From positions 22,444,001 to 22,508,000 of the forward strand of contig NC_091992.1 of the NCBI RefSeq assembly GCF_044704955.1: a DNA stretch of 64,000 bases, given 5' to 3'. Position 1 is the first letter of the stretch, and each line of letters starts with the position of its first letter. A program made the position numbers and the translations under genes. The notes below the pieces were generated by a model. It was not told the origin of the DNA, did no database searches, and saw nothing but the letters and a program-made list of their open reading frames with translations. Origin of the DNA: Pristiophorus japonicus. Its lineage: Eukaryota. Positions 58,401 through 64,000 of this stretch are shown one piece after another.

Positions 58401-61128
58401 ATGGATTGAGATGAAGGATAGGAAGAGATTGGTTACGCTATTTGGGGTATACTTCAAACAACCAAATAGTGAAAAGGAAGTGGAGGGAGAAATATGTAGG
58501 CAAATGTATGAAATAGTAAAAAGCACAGAATCATAATCATGGGGGATTTCAATTATTGCTAAATAAACTGGCAGGGAGATGGAGTGAAAGGAGAGACGGG
58601 ATGGAGTTTTTACAATGTATACAAGACTTCTTTCGGACCCAATATGTAAGAAGCCTGACAAGGGAGGAAGCACTGTTAGTAATGGGTAATGAACCGAAAC
58701 AGATAAAGGACTTGAAATTCAGCAAAAACAGTATTTTTTGAAAAAAAAACATTTTCGTTTCACTACTGCCGATAGGCTGGATATTCAACCTTTAATTTAC
58801 GCAGCAGTAAAAATCGGCATTACATGAGGATTTGCAGTGCAAACTGCGAATATCGGCAACTTTAGTCTGAGGCCAATAGCGCTGTGAGAGAGGCCTTGAG
58901 AGGAGGGAAAAACACCACAAAAAATATTGGAAAAAAAAAAAATTCACTAAACCCTTACTTTCTAAATCGCTGAAAAAGAATTTAAAAAATAAAAACTTTA
59001 ACTTACCTTTTTGCAGATCTTCATACTTACCGCTGCTGGCAGGGCTGTAACGACAGGTTTTTCTCTGTCAGTATTCTGGGCGCAGAATACGGGTGCGAAG
59101 AGAGACAAATTTTTGGCGAAAATGCTATTTCGGGTCTTGCATGGCGGCGCTCCTCTCCCCAGCGGTACGTGGAAAGCGCCACCGCAAAACGGTGCCTGAA
59201 GTTCCCGCCGACCGGTTTTTTGCCAAATATGGTGAAATATCGCCAAAGACCCGGTCACAAAGTCGCCGAATTTCTAGCCCAAAAGGTGTAGGCGTGGGAG
59301 AACATCTAGGGATTAGTGATCACAACATTATAATGTTTAAAATATACTTTAAATAAAGCCAGAAAAAAATATACTTTTTTTGTACTATGAAATTACTGAG
59401 AATTCTTAAAACTGCCATATCATTACAGGATGGCCAGGACCATAAAATTTGTCTTCATGAATGTGCCAACTTTGACGGAAGAAAAATGGAGATCTGCGAT
59501 GAGGACATTCCCAGCCTGTGGGCCTATGGTTTCCAGGATAGAGTTGCCAGTATTAAAGTCATTGGTGGAACGTAAGTAACAGACTTTTCCTCATAGAACA
59601 CATTTTTAAAATTGGATCTCCCCTTTGGCAAATTCGAACAAAAACTAAAATACCTTTAGTATCTAAAATAAATCATGTCCGTATTCGTTTTATGCAACTT
59701 GCATTTATACGGGACCCTCGTGTAGAAGATTAGCTCAGAACACTGTTCTAGGGGGAAAAGGACAATGCAAAACAGGGAAGGATGTGGGAAGGAAACAAAG
59801 GCATGGCCAAGTATATTTTTGAAGGAAGGGAGAGAAGTTGCAAGCCAAGTTGGATTTCGGGGAAAAATTCAAAAGAGCAGCCATTCATAGTGGCTGAACG
59901 ATCTGCCTCTGAAGATGGGAGTGAAGGGACTAGTAGCTGAGCAGCAACCCAGAATGGAGGTTGCAGACTGGGACATATGACTACAGAAGATCACTACGAT
60001 AAGGTAAAGTAAGACCTGGAAGGATGTGAGAATGAAGGTGAGGACTTTTTAAGGACAAGGTGGTGGGGTACAGGAGTTTGTGTGAGAGAGGACTCATGGC
60101 ACTGTGTCTAGAATATCTGAACTTTATAGAGAATGGATGCTTGAGAATTAATGCTGATATTAATACGCTTCACTTCCAAAGTTTAAAAAAAAATTCCAAT
60201 ACTTGATAAGAAAGCAGATTATCTTATGGTTTGATGATGACCATTTTCTAAAAGGTCAAAAGTTAATTTAAGCAGGAAAACTATGTAGAATAGTCTCTAC
60301 AAGTTATGCAATAGGTCATAAGTACAACATTTATAACATTGTAAAGGTTCATATTTTTTTCTTTAATCCATTTAGTCTATTTTGATAAAGAAAAGTAATT
60401 TTTCACAAAGATTTTTACTTGTTTTAATAAACAGGGAATGTTTTTATACTTCCTGTTGCTGTTGCTTTTCCACCTTCACAAAGTTCCCATCCAACTGGTG
60501 CATAGTCTTTTTCACAGCCACTGTCAGTATCAATCTTTACCAACCAATAGCTATTGTATATCAGTAGATCCCATGTAAATCTTAATAGTTTGTGTGTCCT
60601 TTTTTGGTATTACATGTATATTATATGAAAGCTGTACACCATTTGTACAGGAAACATGCACCGTTTGTACAGAAAATGCAGTTTATGCAGTTGCACTAAT
60701 TTGAGAGCGAGCTATATCAATACTGGTCAATACTGGTTTTTCTATCACCAACAATTTTTCCTGGTTCAAAATCAATTCCTTTCCGACACTAAGCATAGTT
60801 TACAGAATATATGTATATATACACAACTGATACACTAGCAATGAGTGGTTATATTTTATCTGATCTGTACAAGAAGCAGAGGTATTCACTGTATTTGCTC
60901 AGTAATATAATGGAAGACTTGCCCTTTAATCTGTTTTGTTGTCCTTTTGTACTTTTTAGATGGGTTGGCTACGAATACCCAGGCTACAGAGGTTATCAAT
61001 ATGTGCTCGAGTGTGGACCATACAAGCATTGGAATGAATGGGGTGCTCAACAGCCTTTGATTCAGTCCATGCGCCGTGTGAAGGACCAGCAGTGGTACAA
61101 AAGGGGCTGCTTCGAGTTTGTACACTAA
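52360..61128 (+). CDS. crybb1l: Beta-crystallin B1-like (basic beta-crystallin), 5 coding exons, 209 aa
   Basis: Exons 52360-52425, 53328-53446, 55846-55978, 59429-59571, 60960-61128; 630 nt; [31 protein letters not shown] and a C-terminal DQQWYKRG extension are typical of betaB crystallins. Confidence 0.95.
53328..53446 (+). CDS. crybb1l: Beta-crystallin B1-like exon 3
   Basis: [39 protein letters not shown]; ttcttag / GTAAGT. Confidence 0.95.
54430..55530 (+). mobile_element. L2 3' fragment with an internal ~41-bp degenerate repeat (54739-54840)
   Basis: [15 protein letters not shown] motif; gctatataaatgcaag tail. Confidence 0.75.
55846..55978 (+). CDS. crybb1l: Beta-crystallin B1-like exon 4
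   Basis: [44 protein letters not shown]; tttcag / GTAAGC. Confidence 0.95.
56729..57426. mobile_element. Harbinger-like MITE
   Basis: TIRs ggcccagaaatccagg / ccggaatttctgcccc; flanks AAT/ATT. Confidence 0.6.
57532..58382. mobile_element. Harbinger-like MITE
   Basis: TIRs ggggctgaaattggtggac / gtccaccaaagttgggccc; TSD not clear. Confidence 0.6.
58708..59280. mobile_element. Harbinger-like MITE
   Basis: TIRs ggacttgaaattcagc / gccgaatttctagccc; TSD AAA; internally similar to 12375-13004. Confidence 0.6.
59429..59571 (+). CDS. crybb1l: Beta-crystallin B1-like exon 5
   Basis: [47 protein letters not shown]; ttacag / GTAAGT. Confidence 0.95.
60960..61128 (+). CDS. crybb1l: Beta-crystallin B1-like exon 6
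   Basis: [55 protein letters not shown]; tttttag acceptor. Confidence 0.95.
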
Positions 61129-62894
61129 AATAAAACATGCTTCTGGACAGCCATGGGAATAATTTTATTGTTTTCATATCAGGCCCACAGAAATTAAAAA
61201 TCACCTTTCCAGTAACATTGATACATCTGAAGTATTGTTGTATATCATCACTTCGCGTTTTTAAATTATAATGTAATTTTAATGTCCATGACATTATTTC
61301 CTTTTGCTAACAACAAATCTCAATTATCCTAGAGCCATTAAAAAACAATGACATCTAGTTTTAGTCCAGTTTATGTTTCTCAGCTCTCTATCTTCAGAGT
61401 GCATTATGAATACTTTTTTTTTGTGGCCCTGAATATGATTTTGGGAAAATGGGGAATGGATGACCTCCTGCAGTGTGGATGACTCTCCGCTGTATCTTAC
61501 TCAGGGATGCAGACATCTTTAGCAAACCTCGCACACATACCACAACATTCAGTTTTTGTCTCTTTTTCATTTCCATTACTTTCAATATTTGTAACTCATG
61601 TCATTCCTTTTACCAATAAAAGTAATCTCTACTGTCTTACAGAGATAATAAAATTGTAACTTCAACTAGCTGGCCACAGTTTGTTAATTTTATCACACAG
61701 CATGGTTGTTGTCATTCAGGAGTCTTGATGAAACGAACGGTTAATAGCACTTATCTGTAAGTTGTCAATCTACAGGAACTTGCATTTCAACATGTTTTTT
61801 TGTTAACAAAACATTAGAATTTAGTGACTTGTAACTTATGTGACTCACCACGTATCTACCAATTTGGAGAAACATGGGGGTCGTATTTGAACTTTACTGC
61901 CTGGATGTTAAGCTGGGCAGAGTACAGAAAGGGGAAATCTGGCATTGGATTGTACAGAGGTTAACATAACCTGCCTCATTTTCCTTCCATTTATTTCAAC
62001 TGGAAGCAGAGTCAGAACAGCTGTGTTGCCTGCATAAGATCCAACGCACCAGTAAAATTTTGACTTACACAAGTAGTAGCAGTTCCAACTAGATTCTTTT
62101 AATTGACTTTCTGATGAATATAATGTGGGCATGCAACTCCGCGGACCTCTTCTCACTGCAACAATGTGAAAACAGGTAGGGAAGCAGGGAACAGGAGATA
62201 TAAGGAAAACAATCAGAACTTGTATGATTCCAAAAAGCATGCTTTGGCACATCAGATCAAAAAGGTTCTTTCCTAATAGGCAGGCAATCATGTTATTAAT
62301 CTATTTTACCATTCATATGGATAGGACGGGTGAACAGTAGATTTCTGGTCATTCGGTGGGTTTCACATGTTCTTGATATCTAACTTACATATGAAGCAAT
62401 TACCTGCTCTCAAATAAACAGCTTGGCTCTGTGAATAATCTCTGAGTAAATGACACGAGTCCGCAAGTTCTTATGAACTTAAGCTTTCAAAAGCATGAGA
62501 TGATTTCTAGTGCAGCTGGCTTATGAATACGGATATGTAATTTCACTGGTGATATCTTGGTTTTGTATATTGTTCTTTTTTCCCCAGAGGGACAAAGGAA
62601 CTGTCACAATTAATTTTGCTTTAAAATCGTATGAAACCATACAATAAAGAAATTGTATAGTTTGAAGCATTATGGTGGTCTACTCCCTACACAATGGTCT
62701 TAGAAAAGTTTTTGCTGGAAACTATTAATGTAATAAATAAGACAGAAATTGCTTTAATTCACAAACACATTCATTATAGCCTAATTAACATATTTCAATC
62801 AAAAGGAGAGCTGATCAAAATAGGGACATTAGAGTCCATCTGCAGGTGTAGCCTTGAATGAAAATCAATCTGAGGGATCATTTTACATCTCAAG

Positions 62895-63335
62895 ATGAAA
62901 GAAACTCACATTTCTATTGCAAGTTTCACAACATTAGGATGCTCCAAAGCACTTCACAACCAAACTTTGAAGTGCAGTCACTGTGGTAATGTAGGGAAAT
63001 GCGGCAGCCAATTAGTGCAGAGCAAGGCCCCACACATCAATGAGATTAATGAGCAGATAATCTGTTTTAGTGATGCTGGTTAAGGGATAAATGTTGATCA
63101 GGATTTCAAGAGAATTCTGATACTTTTTTTGAATGGTGCCATTGCATCTCTTATCAGCACCTGAGAGGGAAGATGGCCTCTGTTTAACAAATCCTCTGAA
63201 AGATGGAACCTCCAATAGTGCAACACTCCTTCAGTGCTACACTAAAGTAGTTACCTAGATATTATGCTCAAGCCTCTAGAGAGGGGCTTGAACCCACAAT
63301 CTTTGAGAGCGCTACCACTAAGCCAAGGTTAACAT
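62895..63335 (-). mobile_element. SINE of the same family, diverged
   Basis: tRNA-like head, body and tail all recognisable. Confidence 0.7.
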
Positions 63336-63427
63336 CTTAGGATGTCCATGCAAATTGGCAGTATAACTCAGGAGACTACCAAGATCACTAAATATGAAAC
63401 CCCTCCAAGAGGCTGTTGACACATTTT

Positions 63428-64000
63428 GAGGCCACAATTGAGCCTCGCCCCAAACGGGGCAGACCGACTGGATTTGAAAGTTTTTCTCCGGCCCAGGCTA
63501 TGGGGCGCAGAGACTGGAGAAATTCAGGACTCTGAATTTTTTTTTTGCGTCGGTGAGATATTCCGGTCGGGTACGCCCGGACCAGTCACTTGCGCCACAT
63601 TGATAATGTCAGCGCATCGCTGATGCATCACGACGTCTCTCCCCTTCAGTTAAAGGGGAGAACCGCTGCGATCTCTGCATACTTTCAAGTTAGGTCCACT
63701 GGGCCACCAGGGAGGGTTTCGGCTGGGGCAGTGGCCCGGCACCCAAGAGGGGGTACCAGGCTGCCTGTTGGCGGCCCAGCCGAACCCAGGGGCATAATTG
63801 ACTGATCAATCTGGCAGTCGGCCGACAAAAAAAATTAACATGGCGGTTGCAGCAGTGCGCCCTCCCCTTTAAGGGCGGACGGGCCGCCATGCTACGGAGT
63901 GTGTACCGACAGTAAAAGCTGTCGGGGGCACCGACCGGCTCCAGGGCTGCTCCCACGGGGCAATTGTGGAAAGGGGCAATTTCGCGAGTGGGTCTCCGCC
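63428..64000. mobile_element. GC-rich MITE-like repeat running off the window edge
   Basis: Abrupt CpG-rich block with ggccacaattg / caattgtgga inverted motifs; style matches the other MITEs. Confidence 0.4.

Larger units (their letters stand above)
56195..59345 (+). mobile_element. Old CR1 ORF1-end/endonuclease fragment split by three MITEs
   Basis: [21 protein letters not shown] and LGISDHN remnants in colinear order. Confidence 0.7.

Overview
Vertebrate genomic DNA, almost certainly from a shark or other cartilaginous fish (inferred from the CR1, L2, Deu-type SINE and Gypsy repeat families). The window is mostly nested transposons around three spliced genes that I assembled by hand from GT-AG boundaries. 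(1) A 4-exon, 256-aa uncharacterised class I SAM-methyltransferase-like gene (+, 21035-27150). (2) A beta-crystallin A1-like gene (-, 27748-31959, 194 aa), tail-to-tail with gene 1. (3) A beta-crystallin B1-like gene (+, 52360-61128, 209 aa), head-to-head with gene 2. Repeats: two full-length but decayed Ty3/Gypsy elements with paired LTRs and TSDs, several young CR1 LINEs (one with a 963-aa open ORF2), a 1.47-kb solo LTR, L2 fragments, tRNA-derived SINEs, Harbinger-like and hAT MITEs, and Penelope-type hammerhead ribozyme motifs. Most notable observations: the orphan methyltransferase-like gene, a 94-bp local host sequence captured at a CR1 5' end, a second 19-nt local templated insertion, and a -1 frameshift-type heptamer at the CR1 ORF1/ORF2 junction. 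No database searches were possible; family assignments come from motif recognition.
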